Shown here: in pieces, positions 23,588 through 32,967 of the stretch
How positions within the stretch are numbered: position 1 is the first letter of the stretch
Layout: the number at the start of each line of letters is the position of its first letter
NCBI GenBank assembly: GCA_964613435.1
Contig: CAZTHA010000002.1
Span: forward strand, 1-41,761
DNA length: 41,761 nt
DNA from: an uncultured bacterium
GTDB taxonomy: Bacteria; Muiribacteriota; Ozemobacteria; Ozemobacterales; Ozemobacteraceae
Direction of reading: 5' to 3'
Translations under genes and position numbers: made by a program
The notes under the pieces: model-generated
Databases searched by the model: none
Told to the model about the DNA's origin: nothing
Seen by the model: only the letters and a program-made list of their open reading frames with translations

Positions 23588-24934
23588 TCAGTCTTCGTGA
23601 TAGCGTGTTTCAAGGTTGTCGAAGCGGGCAAATTTGTCGAAGAACGCCAGTTCACAAGAGCCAACCGGACCGTTTCTCTGTTTGGCAATGATTACTTCGC
23701 CCTTGCCAAGGCTTTCTTCCTTCTTTGTGTAGTAGTAGTCGCGATAGAGAAACATTACTACGTCGGCATCCTGTTCGATCGCCCCGGATTCACGAAGGTC
23801 TGAGAGCATCGGACGTTTGTCGGTCCGGCTTTCAACCGCGCGTGAAAGCTGCGAAAGGCAGATGACCGGAATGTTCAATTCACGAGCCAGACCCTTGAGA
23901 CTACGGGAAATAGCCGAAACTTCCTGCTGGCGACTTTCGGGCTTATCTGAGCCGGACCAGTTGATCAGCTGAAGATAGTCGATGATGATCATGCCGATTT
24001 TGTCCTGTGCGTAAGCGCGTCGGGCCTTGGAACGAATTTCAAGCAGGCTGGCATTGGCGGTGTCATCGATTAGAATCGGGGTGTCTTGAAGGACTCCGGC
24101 GGTGAGGGAAAGCTTGCCCCAGTCTTCGTCGCCAAGATAGCCTCTGCGGATTTTCGAGCCGTCGATTCTGGCTTCTGAACATAGCAATCGCGAAACCAGT
24201 TGCATGTGCGACATTTCCAGACTGAACAGCATTACCGGAACTCGGCCGTGGTAGGCGGCGTATTGGGCGATGTTCAGACAGAAAGCCGTTTTTCCCATTG
24301 ATGGGCGGGCGGCGAGAATAATCAGATCGGATTTCTGGAAGCCGGCGGTATATTCGTCGACTGCGGTAAAGCCGCTGGGAACGCCGGTTACTGCCTGTTT
24401 GTTGGCGTAAAGTTGTTCAAGATAGTTGAAAGTTGGCGCAACCAGATCCTTAACTTTCAGGTAAGGCTTGGTGACTTTAAATTTGCTCAGCTGCAGGATT
24501 TTTTGTTCGGCGGAATCGATGAGCAGTTCGGCCTGAGATTGAGGATCGTAGGCGCTGGTAGAAAGCTCACCGGAAAGTGAAATCAAGCGGCGCAGCATCG
24601 CTTTTTCCTTGACGATGCGGGCGTAATGCTCGGCATTGCGCGAAGTTGGCACGACGTTCAGCAGCTGAGAAAGATAGGTAACTCCGCCGACTTCGCTGAG
24701 CTTTTCCTTGCTGCGCAATTCTTCCTGGAGGGTTATCAGGTCGCAGGGTTTCTGATTGTTGTAAAGATCGATCAGTGCCTGAAAAATATGGCGATGGGCT
24801 GATTGATAAAAATCTTCAGCTTCAGTTATTTCGAGAGCGACGACCACAGCATCTTCGCTGAGCATCATCGAGCCAAGCAGGCTCTGTTCTGCTTCAAGAC
24901 TGTGTGGGGGCACTTTTTGAAAAAATTCTGACAC
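23588..24934 (-). CDS. dnaB: Replicative DNA helicase
   Basis: 448 aa: PPHSLEAEQSLLGSMM, Walker A GARPSMGKTAF, IIDYLQL, SQLSR, RNGP. GTG start with a GGAGG SD. Confidence 0.95.
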   Translation of the reverse strand: MSEFFQKVPPHSLEAEQSLLGSMMLSEDAVVVALEITEAEDFYQSAHRHIFQALIDLYNNQKPCDLITLQEELRSKEKLSEVGGVTYLSQLLNVVPTSRNAEHYARIVKEKAMLRRLISLSGELSTSAYDPQSQAELLIDSAEQKILQLSKFKVTKPYLKVKDLVAPTFNYLEQLYANKQAVTGVPSGFTAVDEYTAGFQKSDLIILAARPSMGKTAFCLNIAQYAAYHGRVPVMLFSLEMSHMQLVSRLLCSEARIDGSKIRRGYLGDEDWGKLSLTAGVLQDTPILIDDTANASLLEIRSKARRAYAQDKIGMIIIDYLQLINWSGSDKPESRQQEVSAISRSLKGLARELNIPVICLSQLSRAVESRTDKRPMLSDLRESGAIEQDADVVMFLYRDYYYTKKEESLGKGEVIIAKQRNGPVGSCELAFFDKFARFDNLETRYHED

Positions 24935-24949
24935 GATTCCTCCAATGCG

Positions 24950-24994
24950 GGCTTAAACAAAGTGTAGTGAACGGTAATCAACCGCTCACTACAC
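24950..24994 (-). terminator. Intrinsic terminator/attenuator candidate between rplI and dnaB
   Basis: 13-bp stem with one mismatch (24962..24974 GTGTAGTGAACGG / 24982..24994 CCGCTCACTACAC) and a 7-nt loop. On the minus strand it is followed by TTTGTTT. Confidence 0.5.
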
Positions 24995-25019
24995 CTGAAT
25001 TACAAACACACGAAAAAGC

Positions 25020-25475
25020 TTACTGTTCTACTTCTTCGGGAACGACAACAACTTTGAGCTGGGCTTTCACTTCGCCGGTAAAGCGAATGGTGATCGGATG
25101 TTCGCCAACTTCTTTGATGTGATCGGCGACGACCAGTTTCTTGTCGATATCAAGGCCGGCCTGGCGCTTGATTTCTTCAGAGAGTTCCTGGCTGGTTACT
25201 GAACCGAAAAGGCGGCCCTTATCACCGGATTTTTTGGTGATCTTGAGCAGCATACCTTCAAGTTTGCCGGCCATATCTTCGAAAGCTTTTCTTTCGCGCA
25301 TGGCCTGGTTTTCCCAGGATGTTTTCATCAGGTCGAGGTGTTTTTTGGCGCCTTCAGAAGCAGGTATCGCGAAATTTCTCGGGAAAAGGTAATTGCGGGC
25401 ATAGCCTTCGGTGACCTTGATGATCTGGCCCTTTCTACCTACCCGGGGAACATTGTTTATCATGAGAACTTCCAT
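25020..25475 (-). CDS. rplI: 50S ribosomal protein L9
   Basis: MEVLMINNVPRVGRKGQIIKVTEGYARNYLFPRNFAIPAS, the canonical L9 N-terminal domain. 151 aa. Confidence 0.95.
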   Translation of the reverse strand: MEVLMINNVPRVGRKGQIIKVTEGYARNYLFPRNFAIPASEGAKKHLDLMKTSWENQAMRERKAFEDMAGKLEGMLLKITKKSGDKGRLFGSVTSQELSEEIKRQAGLDIDKKLVVADHIKEVGEHPITIRFTGEVKAQLKVVVVPEEVEQ

Positions 25476-25503
25476 TATCTTCCTCCTGAAATTTTCTCAA
25501 TGG

Positions 25504-26505
25504 TCAAAAATCATCGTCGGAATCTTCCGATGATGGAAAAAGCGCTGGTTTCGGGGTGCGAAAGTCGGCCCAGACATCGATAATGCCCAGCCAGACAACC
25601 GCTTGTGTCAGCATCAGCGCGAGACATGACAGGCTCACTCTTGCAAATGAGCTTATCTGATATTTGTTGAACATGAAGAAAAGCAGCGACATGCCGGCGA
25701 TAAAATAGACAATTTTGCCTATTGCCAGACAGTTCGCGCCGATTGCTTTGAGCAGACCCGCTGCCGGGATTCCTTCAACATTGGCAATCACATGAAACAA
25801 CAACCAGCCGGCAATGAACAGCCAGACCAGGTTCCAGTCAAAACGCCATGAGGCAAAGGTCGGAAGCGAGGGCAGCTGATAACCGAATTTCGGTGCCAGC
25901 TGAATTGCGGCGATGTAAATGATGCTCAGTGAAATAAGGTGCCAGACGAAAATGAAGGTAACCGGAACCAGCAGTTTAAGAAAAGCAAAGGTTTCTTTAA
26001 CGGCTTCGCGCATAACTTCGATGCTTTCAGGCGTTGCTTCATCATTCTCCTGCAACTTTTGCAGCTGTTGTTCCACCAAGGCTGTCTGTTCGGCAAACTG
26101 TTTTTCAACCGGCAACAGCTCATCATGATTGAGACCGGTCGCTACAGCCCAGGCGGCTGATGAAAACAGGGTGGCGCCCAGCAAGGTTAGCCCGACCGCT
26201 TTGAGTGGTGAGCAACCGAACTTGACCGCCGCCGAAAGAATGGCGGCCGGAACGAACAGCATCGGAATCAAAAGTGCTGCCAGCGAAACATCACCAACCA
26301 GTCCGGCGATGGCCACAGTTAAGGCTGAATACAGCACGAACCATGTTCCACCCCAGGCCAGCAGTATCAGAAACGCAGGCAGACCGGCAAAAGACAACAG
26401 AATTGCGCCAAAAACCGGCATTTGGGTTGAGGCAATTAGCCCGACTATGGTCAGAAAGACCATTAAAGCCAGGATAAAAGTTCTGTTGCCGATGCTTCCG
26501 ATCAT
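25504..26505 (-). CDS. DUF2232/YybS-like polytopic membrane protein
   Basis: 333-aa multi-TM ORF sitting between rpsR and rplI, the conserved position of yybS-like genes. The family call is by synteny and topology. Confidence 0.55.
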   Translation of the reverse strand: MIGSIGNRTFILALMVFLTIVGLIASTQMPVFGAILLSFAGLPAFLILLAWGGTWFVLYSALTVAIAGLVGDVSLAALLIPMLFVPAAILSAAVKFGCSPLKAVGLTLLGATLFSSAAWAVATGLNHDELLPVEKQFAEQTALVEQQLQKLQENDEATPESIEVMREAVKETFAFLKLLVPVTFIFVWHLISLSIIYIAAIQLAPKFGYQLPSLPTFASWRFDWNLVWLFIAGWLLFHVIANVEGIPAAGLLKAIGANCLAIGKIVYFIAGMSLLFFMFNKYQISSFARVSLSCLALMLTQAVVWLGIIDVWADFRTPKPALFPSSEDSDDDF

Positions 26506-26544
26506 TTATTCAAGAGCACTTTCTGCAATTCTTCAAAATTGCGA

Positions 26545-26772
26545 TCAGACGTTGGCGAATGGCAGCAGGGCCATATTGCGGGCGCGTTTGATAGCAGTGG
26601 TGAGATGCTTCTGGTGAGCGGTGCAGGTGCCGGTAGATCTGCGGCTGATGATCTTGCCGCGATCGTTGATATATCTTCTCAGGCGGGAGATATCTTTGTA
26701 GTCAATAAATTCAACTTTATCTTTGCAGAAATGACATACTTTTCTATGTCTCTGTCTTCTAAATTCAGCCAT
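26545..26772 (-). CDS. rpsR: 30S ribosomal protein S18
   Basis: 75 aa: [60 protein letters not shown]. Confidence 0.95.
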   Translation of the reverse strand: MAEFRRQRHRKVCHFCKDKVEFIDYKDISRLRRYINDRGKIISRRSTGTCTAHQKHLTTAIKRARNMALLPFANV

Positions 26773-26805
26773 TTTTTTCCTCCAGTTAAAATCAATGGAT
26801 CAGGT

Positions 26806-27231
26806 TTAGAATGGAACCTGATCGTCGTCGTTGGCATCGGCATAAGATGAGCCGAAATCGCCGGCAAAGGAGTCTGAGTTGTCTTCCTGGGCATCTGAAC
26901 GACCACCAAGGAACTGAACATTGTCAGCTACGATTTCAGTGACGGTTCTTTTCTGGCCATCCTGGGTTTCGTAGCTGCGATTCTGCAGTCTGCCTTCAAC
27001 CAGCACCGGTCTGCCTTTGCTGAGATATTTCTGGCAATTCTCACCGGATTTGCCCCAGACGATGATGTTAAAATAGTTGGTTTCCTTTTTAAAATCGCCG
27101 TCGCTGCCTTTAAAGCTGCGATTAACCGCAATGCTGAAATTGGCAACTGAAGTACCCTGAGCGGTATGCCTCAGTTCGGGGTCACGGGTGAGATTTCCCA
27201 TGAGAAAAACTTTGTTGAGATTTACAGCCAT
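26806..27231 (-). CDS. ssb: Single-stranded DNA-binding protein
   Basis: MAVNLNKVFLMGNLTRDPELRHT... OB fold, an acidic tail, and a terminal DDDQVPF motif. Confidence 0.95.
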   Translation of the reverse strand: MAVNLNKVFLMGNLTRDPELRHTAQGTSVANFSIAVNRSFKGSDGDFKKETNYFNIIVWGKSGENCQKYLSKGRPVLVEGRLQNRSYETQDGQKRTVTEIVADNVQFLGGRSDAQEDNSDSFAGDFGSSYADANDDDQVPF

Positions 27232-27243
27232 GGTCGTTACCGA

Positions 27244-27531
27244 TTACTTGTGACGACTGGTGGTCATGAACCGAAGAATTGTCTGATTGATCAGATAAGT
27301 TCTTTCAAGTTCTTTGAGGGATTCAGGAGTTGCCTGAAAATTCACATGGACATAATTGCCTTCTGTGTGCTTTTCAACTGGGTAGGCCAGAACTCGCTTG
27401 CCCCATTTGTCGATCTTTTCGATCTGTCCACCATTTTTGGTGATGGCGGTTTCAACTTTGCCGATCAGCGTTCCAAGAGCTTCCTCGTCAATGTTGCCTT
27501 CAGTAAAGAACAATGTTTCGTAAGGTTTCAC
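27244..27531 (-). CDS. rpsF: 30S ribosomal protein S6
   Basis: The track ORF extends to 27612, but the S6 homology begins at (V)KPYETLFF. GTG at 27531 has a GGGAGG SD about 8 nt upstream. Confidence 0.9.
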   Translation of the reverse strand: MKPYETLFFTEGNIDEEALGTLIGKVETAITKNGGQIEKIDKWGKRVLAYPVEKHTEGNYVHVNFQATPESLKELERTYLINQTILRFMTTSRHK

Positions 27532-27706
27532 TGTGAAAACCTCCCTTCGGATAAATGTTACAGCCCTTATCACTTTTGGATAAGAGCAGGGACGTACCCC
27601 GCAGGATAGCACGCTTTTAAGGTAAAATCAATCTTTATTGCGCGCAATTTTCATTCGCGATCGTTCATTAAAGCAGAGAGTTTGCAAGACATTGCCTTCA
27701 ACATTG

Positions 27707-27715
27707 TGATATAAT
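27707..27715 (+). promoter_or_regulatory. Extended -10 promoter element (TGaTATAAT) upstream of the BMC-like gene
   Basis: TG at 27707..27708 and TATAAT at 27710..27715, 31 nt before ATG 27746. No well-spaced -35. Bracketed by a 9-bp inverted repeat (27679..27687 / 27717..27725). Confidence 0.4.
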
Positions 27716-27745
27716 ATTGCAAACTAACACCAGGATATCAAATCG

Positions 27746-28099
27746 ATGAACAATATGAATAGAAATCGCGCAATTGGAGTGAGTATGCGCCTGGTTAAAC
27801 GCCCATCCAAGGGCTTTTGGGGCATTCTCGAACATCGCCGGGTCGATAGCGCCCATTTTGAAAAGTATGCTTCTCCACCGGATGCGGTTGGCCTGATCCA
27901 GGGCCCGGTAGCTGCAATTCTGGCCGCTTCGGATATTGCTGAAAAGTCTGCTGCAGTACAGGTAGCTGAAATTCGCGGGGTTTGTCCCACACACATGACC
28001 GTTATCGCAGTTTATGGCGACACTTCTGCGGTTGAGGCGGCCTTGCGCGCAGTCTCTGAAGAACTGTGCAATACCCTTTTTGATGATCATGAATACTGA
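27746..28099 (+). CDS. BMC-domain-like protein (EutS/PduU-type, circularly permuted shell protein homolog)
   Basis: 117 aa. AVGLIQGPVAAILAASDIAEKSAAVQVAEIRG....VIAVYGDTSAVEAALRAVSEEL aligns by eye with the core of PduU/EutS ([52 protein letters not shown]). From memory, not searched. Confidence 0.5.
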   Translation: MNNMNRNRAIGVSMRLVKRPSKGFWGILEHRRVDSAHFEKYASPPDAVGLIQGPVAAILAASDIAEKSAAVQVAEIRGVCPTHMTVIAVYGDTSAVEAALRAVSEELCNTLFDDHEY

Positions 28100-28604
28100 A
28101 ATAGACAATTACATAGAATTCAAAGTTATCGGTCGCGTTCACTCAAGATTCACCGAACAGAAGGGGACGCCGATTCAGGGGCGAATGGCTCCAGAAGAAA
28201 CTGCTGAAATAGAAATTTTCAGCGATTATGTCGACGGAATCAAAGACCTCGATGGTTTCAGCCATATTTACGTTTTTTTCAAGTTCGATAGAAAGCTGGA
28301 AAAGAAACTGTTGGTAAAGCCATATCTCGATACGAACGAACGTGGCGTTTTTGCGACCCGTTCACCCTTGCGCCCCAATCCGCTTGGAATGACTATCGTC
28401 AAGCTTGAGCGGGTTGAGGGAAATCATCTCTACATCAGTGGCGTGGATATTCTCAACAACACCCCGGTAATTGATTTGAAGCCGTATATTCCTGATTTTG
28501 ACTTCTTTCAGCCGGATAAAATCGGTTGGTATGCAGCCAATAAAGCCAGAGCCGAAAAAGTGCTTGCCGATGATCGTTTCGAACACCGTCCGGAGCAAAA
28601 ATAA
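28089..28604 (+). CDS. trmO: tRNA (N6-threonylcarbamoyladenosine(37)-N6)-methyltransferase TrmO (TsaA/YaeB family)
   Basis: FKVIGRVHSRFTEQKGTPIQG..., FSHIYVFFKFD, RSPLRPNPLGMTIVKLERVEGNHLYISGVDILNNTPVIDLKPYIP. Start moved to ATG 28089 (track start 28014), overlapping the upstream gene by 11 nt. Confidence 0.85.
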   Translation: MNTEIDNYIEFKVIGRVHSRFTEQKGTPIQGRMAPEETAEIEIFSDYVDGIKDLDGFSHIYVFFKFDRKLEKKLLVKPYLDTNERGVFATRSPLRPNPLGMTIVKLERVEGNHLYISGVDILNNTPVIDLKPYIPDFDFFQPDKIGWYAANKARAEKVLADDRFEHRPEQK

Positions 28605-28606
28605 TC

Positions 28607-29122
28607 ATGAATTACAGTGAAAAGGTTCTCGACCATTTTAACAATCCCAGAAACACTGGGCATATCGACGATTACCACGGTATTGGCAAAATAGGTGACC
28701 CTGAATGCGGCGATTTCGTTGAAGTTACCATCAAGATTTCCGACGACAATCAGATTGTGGAAATGGTTCGATATCGCATTAAAGGGTGCCCGGCAGCTAT
28801 TGCTACCAGTAGCGTCACTGCTGAACTCGCTGAAGGCATGACGGTCGAGCTGGCGTTAAAGTTGTCTGACAACGATATTGTCGAAGCCCTCGATGGCCTG
28901 CCGGAAAATAAGGTACATTGTTCTCTGCTTGCGGTTAGGGGTTTGCAGCTTGCCATTCAGGATGCAATTCTCAAGCGCCTGTTTCGTAAAGCCGGAATAG
29001 TTAAATCCGACAGCGAATTTGAGAAGCTCAAGGCCGAAGGCAAGTTGAACCAGTATTTGGGCGGCTGTAGCGAAGATATTAATCATGATTGCGACGGCAG
29101 TTGCGAGGCGACCAGGAATTGA
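28607..29122 (+). CDS. NifU/IscU-like Fe-S cluster scaffold (N-terminal-domain type) with Cys-rich C-terminal tail
   Basis: YSEKVLDHFNNPRNTG, GDPECGDFVEV, IKGCPAAIATSS, VHCSLLA: the three conserved scaffold Cys contexts. Extra tail GGCSEDINHDCDGSCEA. Confidence 0.8.
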   Translation: MNYSEKVLDHFNNPRNTGHIDDYHGIGKIGDPECGDFVEVTIKISDDNQIVEMVRYRIKGCPAAIATSSVTAELAEGMTVELALKLSDNDIVEALDGLPENKVHCSLLAVRGLQLAIQDAILKRLFRKAGIVKSDSEFEKLKAEGKLNQYLGGCSEDINHDCDGSCEATRN

Positions 29123-30057
29123 CCAACTCCGACAAAGGTTTCTGGTCTGCTGCTGAGGCCTATTCATGGCTGCTGGTTACTTTCGGTACATTGCTTTCGG
29201 CGTTTGGTTACGCCATTTTCATCTTGCCTTTGCACCTTTTTGAGGGTGGGGTAACCGGCCTGGGTATCATCATTGCCAAACTGTTGGGCAACGCTTTTTT
29301 TGCGGGAAAAATGCCGCCGGTTGTCGGCCTTGTTTCATGGGGCCTGACCATAATTCTTTTTGCGATCGCAGTCCGGATACTCGGTCGTTCCTTCGGGGCG
29401 AAGTCGGTTTATTCGACAACCCTTCTTTATTTTTCAATGGATATCATCCTCTGGTTGCTGCAAAAATCCGGATATGCCGAAAAAATCCGGGAGGTTCTGG
29501 GTCATGAGCTTTTGGTTGCGGCAATTTACGGAGCAATGATGATTGGGGCCGGCATGGCAATTGTGTTCAATCAGGGGGCAGCCACCGGCGGAGCAGATGC
29601 TTTGGCGCAGATGGTACGTAAGCTACGACAAATTCCGGTTGGAAAAACAATTTTGGCCATGGATGTGGTTGTGTTGTCACTTGGCTTTTTTACTTTCGCT
29701 GATGCCATGACCGGTTTTAAAACGATGATGTACTCTTTTATATTCGTTTTTATTCAGGCAAAAACGCTTGACGCGGTGCTTAACGGCTTCAGTGCCAATA
29801 ATCTGGTCACGATAATTACCGAGAAGCCGGAAGAGATCAAGCAGGCGGTTTTTGCTGAAATTCCTCGAGGCATGACGGTTTACCAGGGACAGGGCGGCTA
29901 TACCGGAGTTTGCAAAACAACTATTTCGACCGTTGTCTCCAAAAAACAGATGCCGGCATTGCGAAAACTTGTTGCCGAGACCGATCCTGATTCGTTCGTG
30001 ATTGTTCAGGAAACAGAACAGGTTTACGGTAACGGTTTCGAACGCCTGCCAAATTAG
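29089..30057 (+). CDS. YitT-family membrane protein with C-terminal DUF2179 domain
   Basis: Five or more TM helices, then IITEKPEEIKQAVFAEIPRGMTVYQGQGGYTG...VVSKKQMPALRKLVAETDPDSFVIV. The start is uncertain: TTG 29089 or TTG 29101, with no in-frame ATG before the first TM helix. Confidence 0.7.
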   Translation: MRRQLRGDQELTNSDKGFWSAAEAYSWLLVTFGTLLSAFGYAIFILPLHLFEGGVTGLGIIIAKLLGNAFFAGKMPPVVGLVSWGLTIILFAIAVRILGRSFGAKSVYSTTLLYFSMDIILWLLQKSGYAEKIREVLGHELLVAAIYGAMMIGAGMAIVFNQGAATGGADALAQMVRKLRQIPVGKTILAMDVVVLSLGFFTFADAMTGFKTMMYSFIFVFIQAKTLDAVLNGFSANNLVTIITEKPEEIKQAVFAEIPRGMTVYQGQGGYTGVCKTTISTVVSKKQMPALRKLVAETDPDSFVIVQETEQVYGNGFERLPN

Positions 30058-30082
30058 CTCTTATTCAATCGTTATAGATTTC

Positions 30083-32779
30083 TCAATTGAACTGGCGTTG
30101 CAAAAATTTGGCCGCTTCTACGGCAGGAATAACGCTGAATGAAATGCCGACGCAACAAAGAAGTTGCTGAGCATTAAGAGCCGATACCCCAAAGAGGTTT
30201 TGCATAAAGGGAAGGTATATGGCTGCCATTTGCAGGGTCAGGGCGAGAAATACTGCTCCAACAAGTGTCGGATTCGCCAGGATGCCGACGCTTATCAGTG
30301 ATTTTTCGTAGCTGCGGCAGTTGAAAATGTTGAACAACTGGAAAAATACTACGGTACAGAAGGCCATGCTGTTACCTAGCGTTTCTCCTCCTGCCTGTGT
30401 GCCGATCTTGTGTGCGTAAAGAGTGCCGGCGCACATCAGCGTTGATACGACTGCGACCTGAGTCAGCATCGTTTTTGACAATAAGGCTTCATCAGGTTTT
30501 CGTGGAGGCTTTTCCATTTCGTCGCCTTCAGCCGGGTCGACACCCAGAGCGATTGAAGTCGTGCCGTCGGTTACCAGATTGACCCAAAGAATCTGTACTG
30601 CCCTGAGAGGTGCGGCAAGACCGAATAGCGAGGCAACCAGAAAAATCAGCACTTCTCCGACGTTGGTTGAAACCAGAAAGCCTATGGCCTTGCGAAGATT
30701 GTTGAAAATTATCCGGCCTTCTTCAACCGCGGCAACGATTGAAGCAAAGTTATCATTCACCAAAACCATTCCGGCGGCTTCGCGGGCAACATCTGTGCCG
30801 GTGCGCCCCATCGCCACGCCGATGTCGGCCCGGGTTAAGGCCGGCGCATCGTTTACACCGTCGCCGGTCATGCTGACAATATGCCCGTGCGATTGTAACG
30901 CCTGAATTATTCTCATTTTATCTTCTGGAGATGTGCGTGCATAGACGGCAATTTTCAGAACTTTCTCTCGCAATTCCTGATCTGAAAGCCGTGCCAGGTC
31001 GCTTCCAGTTATTGACTCCATTCCATCTTCATAAAGCCCGACCTGTCCGCCGACAGCCAGGGCGGTGGTCTGGTGATCGCCAGTGATCATGACTACTCGG
31101 ATTCCCGCTTTGCGGCATTTTGTAACTGCCTCTATCGCTTCCGGGCGCGGCAGGTCGATCATGCCGACAATTCCAAGAAGGGTGTAGCCGGCTTGATCAC
31201 TGCCTACAAAAGCCTCGGGTTGGGTTCGTTCATCTAAACGGCGCTCGGCGAAAGCAATTACTCTTAAAGCCGAAGAAGCATACTCATGATTCATCTGGCT
31301 GAATCGCTTTTTGTCTATCTCGGTAATCTCGCGAACTGTTTGACCGTCGAGGATATGTGTACAGCGGCTCAAGACTGCTTCAAAAGAGCCTTTTAAGTGG
31401 GCTTTCAAGCCTTCCGGATGCTCATTTACGGTGGCCATGAATTTGATTTTGCTGTCGAAAGGTAATTCGGCTTTTCTTGGCTCCTTTTCACGCAGTTCCA
31501 GTAATTCAGCCTGTACTTTCCCGGCCAGGGTCAGCATCGCCCCTTCGGTGGCGTCACCAATCATTCTCCAATCGCCATCTTCTTTTTTTAGAGTTGCATT
31601 GTTACATAAAACGGCGGTTTTAACGAGGCTTTCTAGAGCTTTTTCGTCGGATTTACCATCATCATCGGCTATTATAGTGCCCTCTGGTCTGTAACCCTCG
31701 CCGGTCACCTGAAAAGTCTGTTGGGATGTGCAGATTCTGGTGATTACCATCTCATTTCTGGTCAGGGTTCCCGTTTTGTCGGTACAAACTACGGTTGCCG
31801 AACCAAGGGTTTCGACCGTCGGCAGTTTGCGGATGAGTGCCTGGTGCCGGGCCATTCTTCTTACCCCAACCGCGAGAACCAGAGTGATTATTACTGGCAA
31901 GCCCTCCGGGATCGCTGAAACTGCAATTGCTATAGCGTTTAGTAATACTTCTTCGAACTCCTGCTTCCAGACCAGGTGACTTGAAACGAAAATGATGGCA
32001 CATATAGCCAGAATTGCCTTGATAACCTGATGGCTGAAGGTTTCGATTTTTTTCTGCAGTGGGGTCAAAATTTCGTCTGCTGATTGAACCAATCCGGCAA
32101 TTTTACCAAGTTCTGTGGCCATCCCGGTGCTGGTAACAAGTATCTCTGCTCTTCCGGCAGTAACATGGGTTCCCATGAAAACCATGTTGGTTTTGTCGGC
32201 AATTCCAGAAGGCTGATCGAGTGGTTCCGGATTTTTCGGCGCAGCAACCGTTTCTCCGGTAAAAATGGATTCCTCAACCTGCAGCCTTACTGCAGAGAGA
32301 ATTCTTGCGTCGGCAGGAACCCTATCGCCTTCTTCGAGAACTATTATGTCACCGGGAACGATTTTACCAGCTTCTGTTTCGCCGATTTTGCCATCGCGGC
32401 GAACCCGGCAGGTCGGAGCGCTCATGCCTTTTATGTTGTTTATGGCCCGCTCAGCTTTTCTTTCCTGATGAAAACCGATAGCCGAGTTGACCAGTAAAAC
32501 GGTCAAAATGATGAAAACATCTTTGAAATGACCCATGTAACCGGTGACGATTGCGGCGAGAAGAAGAATGTAAATCAGTGGGCTGGCGAATTGTCTGGCC
32601 AGAAGAATGTACCAGGGGGTTGGTTTGCCTTTGGCTATTTCATTGATGCCGAACTCAACCAGTCTTTGCTGATATTGTTCATTGCTGAGGCCATTCTCAG
32701 TTACAGAAAACCCTGTAAGCGCCTGTTCGCAGGTTTGAGTCGACCAGTCCTGTTTTGTAGCATCGCTGATGTTTTTCAT
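30083..32779 (-). CDS. Cation-transporting P-type ATPase (P2-type, Ca2+/Mg2+-like)
   Basis: 898 aa: TGES/TGET (IFTGET), PEGLP, CTDKTGTLT phosphorylation site, MITGD, TGDGVNDAPAL. Confidence 0.9.
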   Translation of the reverse strand: MKNISDATKQDWSTQTCEQALTGFSVTENGLSNEQYQQRLVEFGINEIAKGKPTPWYILLARQFASPLIYILLLAAIVTGYMGHFKDVFIILTVLLVNSAIGFHQERKAERAINNIKGMSAPTCRVRRDGKIGETEAGKIVPGDIIVLEEGDRVPADARILSAVRLQVEESIFTGETVAAPKNPEPLDQPSGIADKTNMVFMGTHVTAGRAEILVTSTGMATELGKIAGLVQSADEILTPLQKKIETFSHQVIKAILAICAIIFVSSHLVWKQEFEEVLLNAIAIAVSAIPEGLPVIITLVLAVGVRRMARHQALIRKLPTVETLGSATVVCTDKTGTLTRNEMVITRICTSQQTFQVTGEGYRPEGTIIADDDGKSDEKALESLVKTAVLCNNATLKKEDGDWRMIGDATEGAMLTLAGKVQAELLELREKEPRKAELPFDSKIKFMATVNEHPEGLKAHLKGSFEAVLSRCTHILDGQTVREITEIDKKRFSQMNHEYASSALRVIAFAERRLDERTQPEAFVGSDQAGYTLLGIVGMIDLPRPEAIEAVTKCRKAGIRVVMITGDHQTTALAVGGQVGLYEDGMESITGSDLARLSDQELREKVLKIAVYARTSPEDKMRIIQALQSHGHIVSMTGDGVNDAPALTRADIGVAMGRTGTDVAREAAGMVLVNDNFASIVAAVEEGRIIFNNLRKAIGFLVSTNVGEVLIFLVASLFGLAAPLRAVQILWVNLVTDGTTSIALGVDPAEGDEMEKPPRKPDEALLSKTMLTQVAVVSTLMCAGTLYAHKIGTQAGGETLGNSMAFCTVVFFQLFNIFNCRSYEKSLISVGILANPTLVGAVFLALTLQMAAIYLPFMQNLFGVSALNAQQLLCCVGISFSVIPAVEAAKFLQRQFN

Positions 32780-32967
32780 TTTTCGTCTCCAGGCTGAGAT
32801 TTAAGTGTTTGTTTTAATTCTGGTTTGATTCAAAGAGTTGGCGGGGGGTAAAATCTTTTTTCTTCATGACTGAGAGAATGATCCGTTATAGCGAATTTTG
32901 ACAAAACCACCTTCTTGATGGCTGTAACACCATAACAGATTATAAGGTTGTCTTTAGGTTGTCAAAC

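Noticed and set aside
26129-26617. 162-aa plus-strand ORF
   Set aside because: It is antisense to the DUF2232-like membrane gene and overlaps the rpsR 3' end. Its Ala/Pro/Ser-rich translation marks it as a shadow frame.
27532-27612. N-terminal 27-aa extension of S6 in the track ORF (ATG 27612)
   Set aside because: S6 homology begins at the GTG at 27531, which has a GGGAGG SD. The extension (MLSCGVRPCSYPK...) is unlike any S6 N-terminus.
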